64,000 nucleotides of DNA. Source: the human T2T-CHM13v2.0 reference genome, Homo sapiens. The stretch lies in the NCBI RefSeq assembly GCF_009914755.1, contig NC_060947.1. One strand, 5' to 3'. Both the position numbers and the translations under genes were made by a program. The notes beneath the pieces are model-generated. The model was not told the origin of the DNA and did not search any database. It saw only the letters and a program-made list of their open reading frames with translations. Of this stretch, positions 46,461-60,677 are shown piece after piece; the first letter of the stretch is position 1; every line of letters starts with the position of its first letter.

Positions 46461-49294
46461 ATGTTGGATGTCTTTTTATGTGCCTATTACCATCTATATA
46501 TCCTTGTCATAAAAATGTGTGTTCTCGTTGCACCCATTTTCTAATTGGATTCTTTGGTTTTTTTACAGTTGAGTTTTGAAAGTTCTTTATAAATTCTGGA
46601 AACTAGTCCTTGCTTTTTTATAAAACTTTTATGGTTTTACATTTTACATTTAAGTCTGAGATCCATTTTGAATTACCTTTTTGTACAAGGCATGAGACTT
46701 AGGTTGAGGTTATTTTATTTTATTTTATTTTATTTTTGCCTATGAATGTCCAATTTCTCCTGTGCTGCTTTTGCACTTTTGCCAAAAATTAGTTTGGCAT
46801 ATTAGCACGGGTCTATTTCTGGGTTATTTTCCATTGAGCTATGTGTCTATCACTGCTTCAATACCACACTGTCTTGATTATTGCAATTATATAATAGGTT
46901 TTAATGTCAGGTAGAGTGATCACTCCTACTTCATTCTTTTTTTTTTAAAGATTAGTTTAGCTATACCAAGGCCTGTGCCTTTCCATTTAAATTTTAGAAT
47001 AAGCTTCTCTATGTGCACAAAAAATTTGCTGGGATTTTGATTGCATTGAACTTCTTTAGTATGCTTTGTCTTTCCAATTCACGAACACAATATATTCCTC
47101 CATGTATATATTTCTTCTTTGATTTCTTTTATCAGCATTTTGTAATTTCCAGAATAGGGATTCTGTGTATGTTTTCTTAGGTTCGTATCTAAGTATTTAA
47201 TTTTATTTGGAACAATTGTAAATGGTATTGTGATTTCATCTCGCTTTCTACATGTTCATTGTTAGTATGTTGAAAGGAGATTTCTGTGCTTTCATTTTAC
47301 ATTCTATGACCTTGCTAAACTCATGTGTTAGTTCTAGGAGTTTTTCTTGAATAGATTTCTTTAGATTTTCTATGTAGATAATCATGTAACCTGCAAATAG
47401 GGAAAGTTTTTTTCTTCCTATTCAATTGCTATTCCTTTTCTTTCTTTTTCTTGCCTACTATAGTGGCTAGAACTCTCACTACTATGTTGAATAAGAGTGG
47501 TGAGAACAAACATGCTTTCTTTGTTCCCAATCTGAGAGGGAAAGCATTGAATCCTTCACCATTAAGTATGATGTTAGCCGTAATTTTTTTGTAGATGTTC
47601 ATTAAGTTTAAGAAATTCTTATTTCTTTCTGCCTGGCTGAGAGATTTTATCATGAATTGGTATTGGGTTTTGTCAAATAGTTTTTCTGCATTGATTGATA
47701 TGAAAATACGGTTTTTCTTCTTTCGTCTGTTGATATGATGGAGTACACTGACTGATTTTTGAGTGATGAACCAATTTTAATAACCTTACTAAATCTCACT
47801 TGGTCATGGTGTATAATTCCTTTTGTAAATTGATGAATTCAATTTGCTAATATTTTGTTGAAGATTTTTACATCTAATTTCATGAGAAATATTGATTTGT
47901 CTTTTTTTCTATCATCTTTCTATTAATTTGGTGTAAGGGTAGTACTAGTTTATAAAATGAGTTGAGAAGTGTTCCCTCCTCTGAGATTTTCTGAATGAGA
48001 TTGTGTAGATTGGTGTTAATTTCTCTCCTCCTCTTCCTCCTTCTTTTTGTAATTCTTCTTTAAATGTATCTCCACTAAAAATCATCTGGACCTGGAGATA
48101 TCTTCTTTGAGAGCTTTTGAGAGCTTTAAAACTACAAATTCAGTGATTGTAGGGCTATTTAGATTGTCTATTTCATTTTACTTTAGTTTTGATAGTTTGC
48201 CGTTTTCAAGAAATTGGCTCATTTCTTCTATTAAATTGTTAAACTTATGAATGTAAAGTTGGTTGTAGTATTCCCTTATTTTCTTTTTCATGACACAGGA
48301 TATGTAGAGATAGTCATGTTTCATTTATAATATTGTGTTGTCTTTTCCCTTTTAAGTTTTCTAAAGGTTAATGAATTTTGTTGATTTTTTGAAGAACCTG
48401 ATTTTTGTTTTGATTGTCTTTATTATTTTCTTGTTTTCAGTTTTATTGATGTATCCTCTTATCCTTATCATTTCCTTCCTCCTGCCTGCTTTGGATTTAT
48501 TTTCTGCTTCTTTCACTGGTTTCTTGAGGGAGAAGCTTAGATTATTGATTCAAGACTTCTTCTTTTCTAGCATTTAGTGCTATAAATTTCCCTTTCTGTT
48601 TTAGCTGCATTCCAAATATATTAATATGTTGTGGCTTTATTTTCTTCATTTCTATGTATTTTTATATCTTTAGTCCAAGGAATATTTCGAAGTGTATTGT
48701 TTAATTTCCAATATTTGGATATTTTCCTGCTGTTTTTCTGTTATTGATTTCTAATTTGATTCCATTATGATCAAATAGCACACTTTGCATTATTTAAATT
48801 GTTTTAAATTTGTTGAGATTTATTTTATGGCCCAGGGTATGGTCTATCTTGTTGATTGTTTCATGAGTCCTTAAAAATGTATATTCTGCTATTGTTGGAT
48901 GGAGAGTTATAAGTACATCAATTATATTTTGTTGGTTGGTGATATTGTTCAGTTCTCCTGTAGTCTTGATGATTTGATATCCAGTAGTTCTATCAATTGC
49001 AGAGAGAGGGATACTGAAGTTCCAAGAATAGTTGTAGATTTGTTTATTTCTCTTTTCACCTCTATTAATTTTTGCTTCATATATTATGAGGCTCTGTTGG
49101 TTGGCACATACACAGGATTGTTGTGTCTTACTGGTGGGTTAATTTTTCTATCATTATGCAATGTAACTTTTTGTATCTAGTAATTTTCTTTGCTCTGCAG
49201 TCACTTTACCAGATGTTAACTTGGCCACTTCTGCTTTTTAAAAAATTAATGTTTGCATAGTATATATTTTTCCATCCTTTTACTTGTAATCTAC

Positions 49295-49663
49295 TGTTAT
49301 CAGTTTTCTAGGGCTTTTGTAAAAAATGTATCACAAACTGAGTAGCTTAAAACGACTAAAATTCATTCTCTCAAATTATGGAGGCCAGAAGTCTGAAATC
49401 AAGATGGACCAGGCCATGGTCTATCCAAATCCCGTAGGAGAGTATCCTTCTTCGCTTCTTATAACTTGTGGTAGCCCCAGGCATTCCTTGGCTATGGCAG
49501 CATAACTCCAATTTCTGCCTCTTTCTTCACATGATGTTATTTATCCCTATGTCTCTGTGTTTTTATGGCCGTCTTCTTATAGGAGCATGAAATGTATTGG
49601 ATTAGGAACCCACCATACTCCAGTATGACCTTATCTTAACATATATCTGCAATGACCCATACA
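49295..49663 (-). mobile_element. MLT1B-like MaLR LTR
   Basis: 'cacaaactgagtagcttaaaac...ggaggccagaagtctgaaatcaag...gtattggattagg...ccagtatgaccttatcttaac'. Confidence 0.85.
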
Positions 49664-50762
49664 ATTTACATCTATCAATGTATTTGAAGTGAGGTTTTTA
49701 TAGACAGCGTATGGTTGGATCATTTCTTTTATCAATTTTTGTCTTTTAATTGATGTATTTAGATCAGTTACATCTAAGGTAATTATTCATATGTTAGGGA
49801 ATAAGTCTCCATTTTATTATTTGTTTTGTCGGTTTCTCTCTCTTTTTGCTCTCTTGTAGGTTATTTGAATATTTTTCAGTATTTATATTATTCTTGAGTA
49901 TATCACCTTGTATAATTTTCTTTGTGGTTGCTCTAAGGATTATTTTATATAAATATATGAAAAACACTTATTACATTCTAGTGGTATCTACCTTTAACAC
50001 TGACTTAAGTGTAGAAAACTTACTTCCACTTAGGTGCCTTTACTCTCTCCTTTACAGCTTTACATTATTGGACATATTACTTTATGTAAGTAAAGGAAAT
50101 GCCTTAAGCATTTGAGTACATAGATTGAGTAATATGTCCATTTCCTTTACATACATTGAGCACTATGTCCAATAATGTTGTAATGTTTGTATCAACCATC
50201 AAATATGATTTAAGAATCTCAGGAGAATAGTCTATTGTATTTACCATCCCCTCCATTTTTTTACCCATTCCAATGTTCTTCTTTCATTACTGAAGTTCTA
50301 ATCTTTCTGTTACCATTTCCTTTCTGCTTAGAAAAATGTCTTTTAGTCATTCTTTAAGAGTATATGTGACAAATTTTCTTAGTTTTCCTTTGCCTGAGGG
50401 TGTCTTCACCTCCTCTTCATTCCTGAAAGATATTCTTTCCAGATATAGAATTCATGGTTGAGAGTTCTTTTCTTTCAGCACTTGAAAAATGTTATTCTAC
50501 ATCATTTTAGATTCTGGGGTTTCAGATGACAAATTTGCTGCCATCCTAATCGGTGTTTGCCTATAAAAGTAACACATTGTTTTTCTCTGGCTGCTTTCAA
50601 GATTTTTTTCTTTGCTTTAATTTTCAGAAGTTTAATTTTGATGGAGTTTGGCATGGATTTTCCTACATTTATCTTATTTGGGGTTCACTCAGCCTTTTTG
50701 AATATGTAGGTTTATGTCTTTCACCAAATGTCGGGAGCTTTCAGTGTTATTTCTTTAAATAA

Positions 50763-51290
<528 letters not shown>

Positions 51291-51580
51291 TGAGTTTTTA
51301 TTTGGGTTATTGTATTTTTCAGTTTTATAATCTCATTTGGTTCTTTTCTATAACTTTTATTTCTTTGCCCATATTTTTAAAATTTTTTCATTTGTTTCAA
51401 GAGAATTCATAATTGATTGCTGAAGCCTTTTTATGATGGCTGTTTTAGAATCCTTGTCAAATAATTCCAACGTCTGATTCACCTTGGTAATGGGGTTTGT
51501 TGATTGTCTCTTTTCATTCTTGTTATGATTTTCTGATTCTTGGTATAACAAGTGATATTTTATTGTATAAAATATCCTTT

Positions 51581-51875
51581 GGCCAGGCACAGTGGCTCAC
51601 ATCTGTAATCCCAACACTTTGAGAGGCCAAGGCAAGAGAATCTCTTGAGTCCGGGAGTTTGAGACCAGCCTGGGCAACATAATCAGACCCCATCTCTACG
51701 AAAAATTATTTAAAAAATAGCCAGGAGTGGTGGTGCATACCTGTGGTCCAAGCTACTCAGGAGGCTGAGGTGCAAGGATCACCTGAGCCCAGGAGGTTAA
51801 GGCTGCAGTGAGCCATGATCACGTCATGCACTGTAGCCTGGGCAACAGAGCAAAACCCTGTCTCAAAAATAAAAT
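51581..51875 (+). mobile_element. AluJ-like element
   Basis: GGCCAGGCACAGTGGCTCAC...gagcccaggaggttaaggctgcagtgagccatgatc. TSD AAAATATCC(TTT/CCT). Confidence 0.93.
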
Positions 51876-53009
51876 AAAATATCCCCTATATTTTGGATGT
51901 TATAAAACTGTGGACCCTATTTAATATTCCTTTTTTAAAAGCAGGCATTTCTTCTGTTGACTTGTAGCAGGAGAGCTAGAGGGGTTTGTATGTTCAGCTT
52001 GCCACTGGGTCCCACTGACACCAGCCCAGCAACTGTTAAGTGCTGACTTATTGCAGATGGGCGGAGTGGAAATTCAGATCCCCTCTTGGCCCTGCAGACA
52101 TATTCCCAGCGAAAGTATGGAATTGACTCATACCACCTTGTTGTCTCCAAGTGGTAGTGTAAGCTCAGCTCCTTGCTGAGCCCCACTGACACCAGGAGAG
52201 GGGAGGATAGGAAGTGAAGTGCCAACTAAAACCTCCCACAACCTCCTTCTGCCTTGTTGAAGCTGAGTGGAGGTGGAGACTCAGCTCACCACTGGGCTCT
52301 AATGACACTATCCCAGCTGGGAAATAGAAACACTCGCTGGTTCTTCTAGGCAGGGGTGGAAGATCAGCTGCATGCTTGGCCCCACTTACACTCCTCTGGC
52401 AGGGGAATTGGATTGCTGCCATCTGCTTCTCCTGGTTAAGACAAAGAAGATAATCTCCTTGCTCAGATAGTCAATACCATCCAACAGGGGAATTGGAATG
52501 TGCTGTCTGCTTTTGCTGGGTTAGGAGTGGGATGAGGTGGAATATCAACTTCCTGAGTAGGGGGGCATTGACTGAAAGGTCTTCTGTTGCTAGGCCACCC
52601 TTTTTCCAATACTTTCACTAGAGAGAACAGGCTTTTCTTAGAGTTGTTTTTTTTTTTTTTCTGAGTCTGTAGGCAGTTCTGAGTTGGAGGTTTCTGCAGC
52701 ATCTGTCTGGGATATATAGGAGGCAAAAAGGAAACCAGGAAATTCATCATAGTGTTGTTTCTCAAATCTCAAGGTCCCTAGGTAGCTTGTTATCTTTTTA
52801 CCATATTACAGAGCCTTCTTATGTTTTTTTGTTGTGTTATGTTTAGGGTTTTGTTGTTGTTGTTGTCAATATAGAGACTGGTTTGAGTCTCAAATTCTTC
52901 TTTGTCTCTACCCAATCATGGCCTGGAAAGGTCATGTTAACTGATTGCCTTCCAGTTCCTTTTCTTTCTTAAGCTTTTTAAGAGGCTATTCCCCAACAAA
53001 GAACTTTAA

Positions 53010-54645
53010 ATGTTTTTTATTGAAGTACAATATACATGCATATAAGTGCACAAATCATAAGTGTACAGCTCAATGAATTTTCACAAAGTGAACACATCCA
53101 TGTAATTAGCACCCAGGTTAAAATAAAATAGGACCAGCAATCCCAAAGGTTCCCATTCCTACCTGCATCCAGTGACTGCCACTCCTAGAGGTTACTATCC
53201 TATCTTCTAATAGTATAAATTAATTTTGACTATTATCTTCTGTGTGTAGATATTTGTATTGGTGATTGTGGCTTGTTCATTCTCATTGCTGCCATGTATT
53301 TCATTGTGTGAAAATACTACAATTAATTTATTCTTCCCTTTATGAGTATTTGTATGTTGTATTAGGGTTCTCTAGAGAAACAGAACCAACAGAACCAATA
53401 AGAGAGATATATATATCTCCTATTGGTTTAACAATATACATATATATTTAAAGAGAGAGATAGAGATGTATTTTAAGGAAAGGGTGATTATGGAGGCTGG
53501 CAAGTCCCAAAATCTTCAGAGTGAGCCAAGCTGGATGTTCAGGAGTGCTGATGATTTAGTTCCAGTCTGAGTCTGAAGGCCTGAGAATCAAGAAAGCTGA
53601 TAGTGTCATTCCAGTCTGAAGGCCAGCAGGCTTGAGACCCAAGAAGAACTTATATGATTATGTTTCAAGTTGAGTCTAAATGAAGGAAAAAAAACCCCTG
53701 ATATCTCAGTTTGAAGGCCATCAGACAAGAGGGATTTCCTCTTCCTTAGGGGAGGGTCAAGTTGCTCTATTCAGGCCTTCAGTTGATTGGTTGAGGCCCA
53801 CGTATATTAGGGAGGGCAATCTGCTTCACTGAGTCTACTAGTTTAAATGTTAATCTCATTAAAAAATGCCCTCACAGAAATGCCCTGAATAATGTTTGAC
53901 CAAATATCTGGGCACCCTGTAGTCCAGCTAAGTTGATGTAAAATTAACTACCACAGGTACTTTCTAGTTTGGGTTGTTATGAGTGTGCTGCTATGAACAT
54001 TCTTGGATATGCCTTTGGGTGAATATATGTGTGATTTTTTGTTGAGTATATATCTAGGAGTATACATCTAGGAGGGAAATCATTCTATCATAATGTAGGT
54101 ATATTCAGCTTTAGTAGATATGGCCGTCTAAATTGGATGTGCAAATTTACATTCCCATCAGTGATGTATGAGAGATGTGGTTGCTCCACATATTTGCGAT
54201 GCCACAACACTTGGCATTTTTTGTTTTTTGTTTCAGTTATTTTGATGAGTGTATAGAGACATTGTATTATAGTATGAATTTGCCTCTCCCTGGTGACTAA
54301 GGATGTTGATCTCCTGTTGATGTCTATTTATCCTTTTGTTATCCTCCTTTGTAAAGAGTCTGTTCAAGTCTTCCACTCATTTTTCTATTGGGTTGGCTAT
54401 CTTCTCCTTAGAAATGTATAGTATTTCTTTATGTCATCTAAAAAGGAGTCTTTTGCTGTATACATGTACCATAAATATCATCTCCCAGGTTGTGGCTTGG
54501 CTTTTACTCTTAGTGATAGCTTTTGAGGTACAAAAGTTCTTAATTTTAATATAGCTCCAACTTGTCATTTTTCCCTTTATAGTCATTGCTTTTTGTGTCC
54601 TGCTTAAGAAGTCTTGGGGCTCCTCTCTTAACATTTTCTTCTCTT
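53010..54645 (-). mobile_element. L1ME/MC-like 3' end, split by MLT2
   Basis: 'aagtgcacaaatcataagtgtacagctcaatgaattttcacaaagtgaacac'. Minus ORF 54434..54667 reads 'SYIKIKNFCTSK'. Confidence 0.8.
53358..53955 (-). mobile_element. MLT2B-like ERVL LTR
   Basis: Termini TGTATTAGGGTTCTCTAGAGAAACAGAACC...AAAATTAACTACCACA and internal 'ctattcaggccttcagttgattgg'. Confidence 0.9.
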
Positions 54646-56792
54646 TTCCAAAACAACAATTGCTCAAGAAGGAGTGAAGTGGCAGAAGAGGATGGGATGG
54701 CAGGATGGATCAGGTAGCATTCAAACTCAGTCTTGCATTGTTCCTGAAGCCACAACCACTTCAAGCACTGTTTTGTGCTAAATTGAACCTACCTTGCTCA
54801 GCTATATCCACCCATGGTGATTTCTCCTTCTAATGGCAATGCTGCTGTTCCTTTTAAATTCCGTTGATCACTTCCATCCCCATTTCATCTGTATGTGTCT
54901 AATTCTCTAATTCTGTATTGAGCTCCAGAGTTCTTTTACATTTAGCTCCTGGGCTATAGGGCAATCATGAAATGGCACATGCATTTAAGTGTTCTTGAGC
55001 ATGTCCTTGAAGTTAGAAAACTTTATTCAATCCGGTTCATTGAGGACTTTGGGTGTGCTGTCTAATTGCATGAGCTAACATACTTAAGTGTCAGTTCCAG
55101 GCCAACCAAGACACCCCCATACTCACATTTCTGTTGTGCTGTTCTTCAGATTCTCTTTTTATTGTTTAAATAAGAGCATAAGCAGACTCTTAAGCTAAGA
55201 CTTTACTGCAGTTCTAGAACTGCCAATTGATGTATCAGTCTAATTAGGGAAGTAACATGGAATAGCATTATGATTATAATATTTCAGAAATTATGATTAA
55301 ATTAAATATTAGCAGCTCACAACTTAACAGTGATCCTTAGCAAGAAGTTAAATGTTTGAAACAAGGTGAGAATAAAAGAACAAATTTATACAAAAGGGAA
55401 AGAGAAAGGGTATTATTCCTAGAGAAATAATACTGAAATTTTGTTCCAAAAGATCATTTTAAAATCAGTATTTGGAAACTATAGTGTAATTTTCCCTGGA
55501 AGAAAGGAAGTTAGACAAACTCATGCAGTATCTAGGGTAGCCTACAAAAATTTCACCGACAATGTAGCAGCAATAGTACCATGTCTTGCCCTTAGTTCTG
55601 AGTTCCCCCAAAGTGTCTGCATCCCAGTCCTTGAGTCTACACTCATCTAAGCTCAGCAACAGAGCTTGAGCTTCATAGAGACCTAAACCCAGAGAGAGGA
55701 AACTTATGAAAGGGGAGGGGGTGGGAAATGCAGTTCCATGGCAGCAAAGGGATAAAGACTCCTATAACTGTGAGTTGAAAAGAAAGGTGACTTGGGCCTC
55801 AGGTGTCCCCAGATCTGCTAATAATATTGGGAAGGGGTTCCATGGATCCCTCAGAAACATAGGTAAAGGATGCGGTGAAGCAGCCATCACTTCTTGGCCC
55901 AGGGAGCTATGGTAGGAACACGGATGTCAACAGATATCTGCAGGCTACTTGGAAAGTGTCACCTATTTGGCACTTCTCTCTAGTCTTGATCTAGTTTGAA
56001 GGCACTGAGCATCTACATTAAATCAGAGCTGACAGACACTGTAATGCCTCTAGTTTATTAGTTCTATGGGGATTTGAAGCAAATTTACCAAATGTCTTAA
56101 TTAGATTCCTGAAATTCCAAAAACACTAGGCAAAAATTCAATCTTGGCAAAAACATGTTAGTCCCACCCACACCCCCTTCTGCACACCCAGCTGCCAAAT
56201 TGCTTAAATCTCTAAATAATTGCTTTCTAGATTAAATAAATTAAGCTCATTCATTTGCACTCAAGTTTTAAGACTCGACTGCCCATACTTGCTCCCAAAG
56301 TTTGTCATCAGCAAATATAAATAGTGCAATTTGTTTTGTGATATATATATATACACACACACAATTAGTAAAATGAATTTTTCAAATGATATATATGTCA
56401 GAGGAACCAAATCAGTGAGTACTTAAAAATCTATCATAAAACTGAAGTTACTTTCACTATCCAGGACAGAATAAAAAGGAAACAGAATTATTTACCTTAC
56501 ACTTATTAAAAGCATGTAGATTCAATAGGATTATACAAAGTACATTCTATTGTAATAAGGTGTGTCACTTATAAAGAAACATGTCTATAGAAGACGAAAG
56601 AGAAGATGAGAGAGGAAAATGTACATCATTCACCTCAGGAAGAAAAGGTGAATGTTACAGTTAACATTCTTTTTTTAAAAAAATCTAATGGTGTGTCTGG
56701 AAAATAGCTTTGCTGAGTTCCTGCTGCACCATCAGGTGAGAGGCAGAGGACAGCTTCCTCCGGAGTGAGGCTTCTTCTCTCCATCATCCAGT

Positions 56793-56956
56793 CCAGCAGT
56801 CCCTAGTGTTCGGTCCCCGGACCAGCAGCATCAGCATCATCTGGGAACTTGTTAGAAATGCAAAGTCTTGCTCCCTCCCTAGATAGGCTCTCAAAAATCA
56901 GTTTTTAACAAGCCTTCCAGGTGATCCTGAGGCATGCTAAAATCTGAGAACCGTTG
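56793..56956. mobile_element. MER5A MITE
   Basis: 'ggtccccggaccagcagcatcagcatcatctgggaacttgttagaaatgcaaa...ttttaacaagccttccaggtgatcctga'. Confidence 0.88.
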
Positions 56957-57049
56957 ATCTTGAAGTCTTTAAATTGATGGTGCTTCAATAACATGGCTTT
57001 CAAAACCAATAATTTATAGATTCACCAGAAACAATTACAGGGTATCTGA

Positions 57050-57190
57050 TGAGTAGCGAGATCACATGGGCCTGGATTCAAATTCTAATTCAACTACCTA
57101 CAGCAGGATCAATTTGGGTGAGTGACTATGTTTCACAGTGTGCTAATGTCTCCCTCTGTAAATGGAACCTTAAATGGTGGGATAGGGCCC
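57050..57190 (+). mobile_element. MIR fragment
   Basis: 'cctggattcaaattctaattcaactacctac...ttgggtgagtgact...ctctgtaaatgg'. Confidence 0.55.
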
Positions 57191-58225
57191 ACTGAAAATA
57201 CAGGCCTAGGTCTCATGTCTTCATTGAAACTGCTTGGGAAGCAACCTGTGGCTTTTGAAAATTTCCCTTTCCCATTCTTCCTCATGATCTGAGGAGGCAA
57301 AAATAATGTAGATCTAGAAAGTACCACATTAAATTGAGATATCTGTAGAGAATCTAGTGAAAGCATGTTCTTGCATTCGAGCAGCTATATGTTGCATCTA
57401 TAGTTGGATTCTCAGCTGTTGCTTTATGAGAACTCACCTACTTTTGCTACAGTAAAATCTTATAAAAGGAACATACTGTGGAAAATTCCATCATTTTGTA
57501 GTTATTATCAGAGATGAGCTTCTTTTGAGCTATTTCTTTAAAGATGAGTGAGTGTTACAGCTACCTTAATTCAACTGGTGAAATCAGTCTCCATTTCCTG
57601 CAGTAATCTTTCCCATTTCTGCTTATTTTCATTCTTGGAAGTAAATGGGGTGGGGACCCAGAAACCTTAGGTGAATAAGGTAAAGAAGAGAGGATTCTAG
57701 GTGTGAAATAGGCTGTGTATGTACTAAGTATGAGGAGTTAGTTTTTTACCATTTGCTTTGTGGCTGGGTATGGAATCTTCAAAATTTTACCTTCGGAATA
57801 GTTTGATGTCATAAGAAATCCCAACTTTATGGGAAAGAGGGTAACTTGGCTAGAGGTCAGTGGGGCAGAGGCTTGTCATGGCCAAAATATCCCACTGGAG
57901 TGTATTGCCCTTTTTTTTTTTTTTTACACCTTCTCAGTGGAGTCGCAGGCATCAAAATATTAAAAGATAGTGAAGATAGTGGACATCACTGCTCTTAAGC
58001 AAGTTTTAAGACTAAAAGGAGTCATAGTATATAAAGATTAGCTTTATGGCAACTGGAACACAGTCACTGTATCTTCCTGTTAGCATATGTTGATTAAAAA
58101 GATATAAACATTGTGTGCTAATAACATCCCAAATTTTTCTTCACCTTTGTGTCAGATGGTTCTTTAATAGGAAATGAAATGGCTGTCCTGTGGCCCCTGA
58201 AAAGGCTGTATCTGTATTGTTTTAG

Positions 58226-58382
58226 AGTAGGAGTTCTTAATCCAGGGCCCATAAATGGGCATCAGGAGAGTTCCTAAACCTGAGGCTGTATGCAGGATTT
58301 TGTGCATTTTTCTGAGATGGAAGTCCATAGATCTCAAGAGATTTGCAAAACGTTCCTAACATAGAACAGTTAAGACTCACTA
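58226..58382. mobile_element. hAT-Charlie MITE (MER112/MER117-like)
   Basis: TIR-like ends gagttcttaa / ttaagactc and internal 'tgcatttttctgagatggaagtccatag'. Confidence 0.55.
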
Positions 58383-58564
58383 AAAAGTTCTTTCCTAGTG
58401 TTTTCATTTCTTCATTATTCTTCACAATATTGCCTTACTGTAAAAATACTCCATCTTAATGGAGGGCTTGATAGCTCGTCCAACCAGTTGGTGGACAGAA
58501 TATGGACACAGATCCTGGTTTTTCTAGGAAGAACAAAGTACGACTCACTGAACACTGCCAGTTC

Positions 58565-59240
58565 TTTTTAAAAATTATTCTGTATTTTTATGGGCAACAC
58601 AAGCAAATGATACAAACTTCAAGAAGGTTTAGTGTGAAAAACAAGCCTCCCTCTCAATAGCTTCCCCCAGAGTTTCTTGTGTACCCTTCCAGTGCTATCC
58701 TATGCATATACAGGGATATAAATATGTGTATGTATTTTTACAGAAATGACAGCATAATTTACTCAATATATTCCTTGATTTTTCACTTAGAAGTACATCT
58801 TAGAAATCCTTCCATATCCATACATATACAGATCTTCCTCATTCTCTGTAATGGTAGCATAACATTCTATTGTATTATTGTGTCATACTTTCTTTGACCA
58901 ATTCCCTATGGATGGATATTTAAGTTGTTTCCAATCTTTTCCTAATCAAATAGAGCTGTGATTATTATCTTTGAATGTATGTCATTTTGCCCATGGGTGT
59001 GAGCGTTGGATCAATTCTTAGAATGTAATCATTAGTTATGTATTGGGTAGCTTTGTTAGATATTCTCAAATTCCATTCATAGAGGCTGTGCTACCTATTC
59101 TCCCACCAGCAGTGTATGAGACCGTGAGTTTCCCTGCTCACATCTTTGACAAAGCTGTTAAACTTTGACAAACCAATGGGTTGAAAAATGGTATCTTGTT
59201 TTAGTTTCTATTTATATCTCTCATTATTATCTAATTTTTC
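58565..59240 (-). mobile_element. L1ME-like 3' fragment
   Basis: 'gatggatatttaagttgtttccaatcttt', 'ctcccaccagcagtgtatgag' and 'aaaatggtatcttgttttagttt'. Confidence 0.7.
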
Positions 59241-59513
59241 ATTAATAGTCTGACCGCATGCCAGAGTTCCACAGAGAACTTGGCACTAAAGTGCTTATAC
59301 AGGGGCTGAATCCTTAGTAAAGCCCTGTTTTGGCATTCTGTTACAAGCAGAGCCATTGGAAATAAGGAGACATGAGCATTTTTCAATTATACTCCACTGA
59401 TGCCCTATTAATAGCATCATCAACACAGATGAAGGACTGCATCCTTACTGCTAAGGATGCATTTAAAGAGATAACTCATTTAATCTATGCCTCGTTCAAG
59501 AGTGGTCTTTATA

Positions 59514-59820
59514 GGCAGGGCGCAGTGGCTCATGCCTGTACTCCCAGCACTATGGGAGGCCGAGGAGGATGGATCACTCGAGGTCAGGAGTTCCAGACCA
59601 GCCTGGCCAACATGGTGAAACCCCATCTCTACTAAAAATACAAAAATTAGCTGGGCGTGGTGGCACACGCCTGTAGTCCCAGCTACTCAGGAGACTGAGG
59701 CAGGAGAATCACTTGAACCCGGGAGGCAGGGGTTGCAGTGAGCCGAGATCACACCAATGCCCTCCAGCCTGGGCCGCAGAGAGAGACTCCTTCTCAAAAA
59801 AAAACCAAACAAACAAAAAA
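59514..59820 (+). mobile_element. AluSx/Sz-like element
   Basis: Full dimer with a perfect 13-bp TSD AGTGGTCTTTATA (59501-59513, 59821-59833). Confidence 0.95.
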
Positions 59821-59926
59821 AGTGGTCTTTATAAGGGAAAACTAATTAGATAATCAGATTTTGCTCTATTTGGTATTATATAATTCTTTAATCTACCTCC
59901 TTTTCTGCTCTTTTATATGCTAGTGG

Positions 59927-59968
59927 CACCACCACCACCAACAACCACAACAACAACAACAACAAAAC
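59927..59968 (+). repeat. (CAC)n(CAA)n trinucleotide repeat
   Basis: caccaccaccaccaacaaccacaacaacaacaacaacaa. Confidence 0.9.
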
Positions 59969-60602
59969 ATGTTAAAGTACAAGACATTTTAAGTAGATGT
60001 TAGAAATTTAAGTGTAGCTTTCCAATTCAAAAACAGTCTCATTTCTCTTTCTATTTTCTTTTCTTTTCTTTTGGAATAATATTAAGTACATTAAAAATAC
60101 AATACGTGGATATTTTGTACTAAATGTAACAGGTTCTATAAAAGACATTCTTTTGCATATAGTCTGTACCTGGGCAATATTGTTTCTTATGTGACAAATC
60201 TGACACTGCTATAAATGAATTCAAGTCTGAAAAGACACTGAGAATGAAATCTTTATGTGCACTATAATATTTGTTAAATTCAGACCAATAGCTGGAGAGG
60301 TAAAAAATAAGTATTGCTAATTATTGTATCTAATTTATTTTTATAAGACACCAATTAGGAAGAAAAGAGGTAATTAGATGAGTCTTCAACTGATGCAAAT
60401 GTAATAATCCCAGACAATCCTTTAAATCACAAAGGACCTGAGGCATCTTTTAACATTAATTAATGTTAATCTCTCTGGATAGCCATTAATTATTGGGAAA
60501 ATTTGTTGCTATTTAAGGTCTATCAGAAAATAAAAATTGCAAGAAGAGGGGAAAAAATATCTCCAGTACAGTTACTCCATGACCAAGATATATGCGTGTG
60601 GA

Positions 60603-60619
60603 TCTCTCTCTCTTTTTCT

Positions 60620-60652
<33 letters not shown>

Positions 60653-60677
60653 AAACAAACACACATACACACACACA
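60603..60677 (+). repeat. (TC)n-(CA)n compound microsatellite
   Basis: Uninterrupted CA run from ~60620-60647 plus interrupted CA units. Confidence 0.95.

Noticed and set aside
48105-48127. Short tandem duplications (also ~21228-21243, ~53380-53399, ~54045-54074)
   Set aside because: Ordinary 8-14 bp slippage duplications within old repeats.
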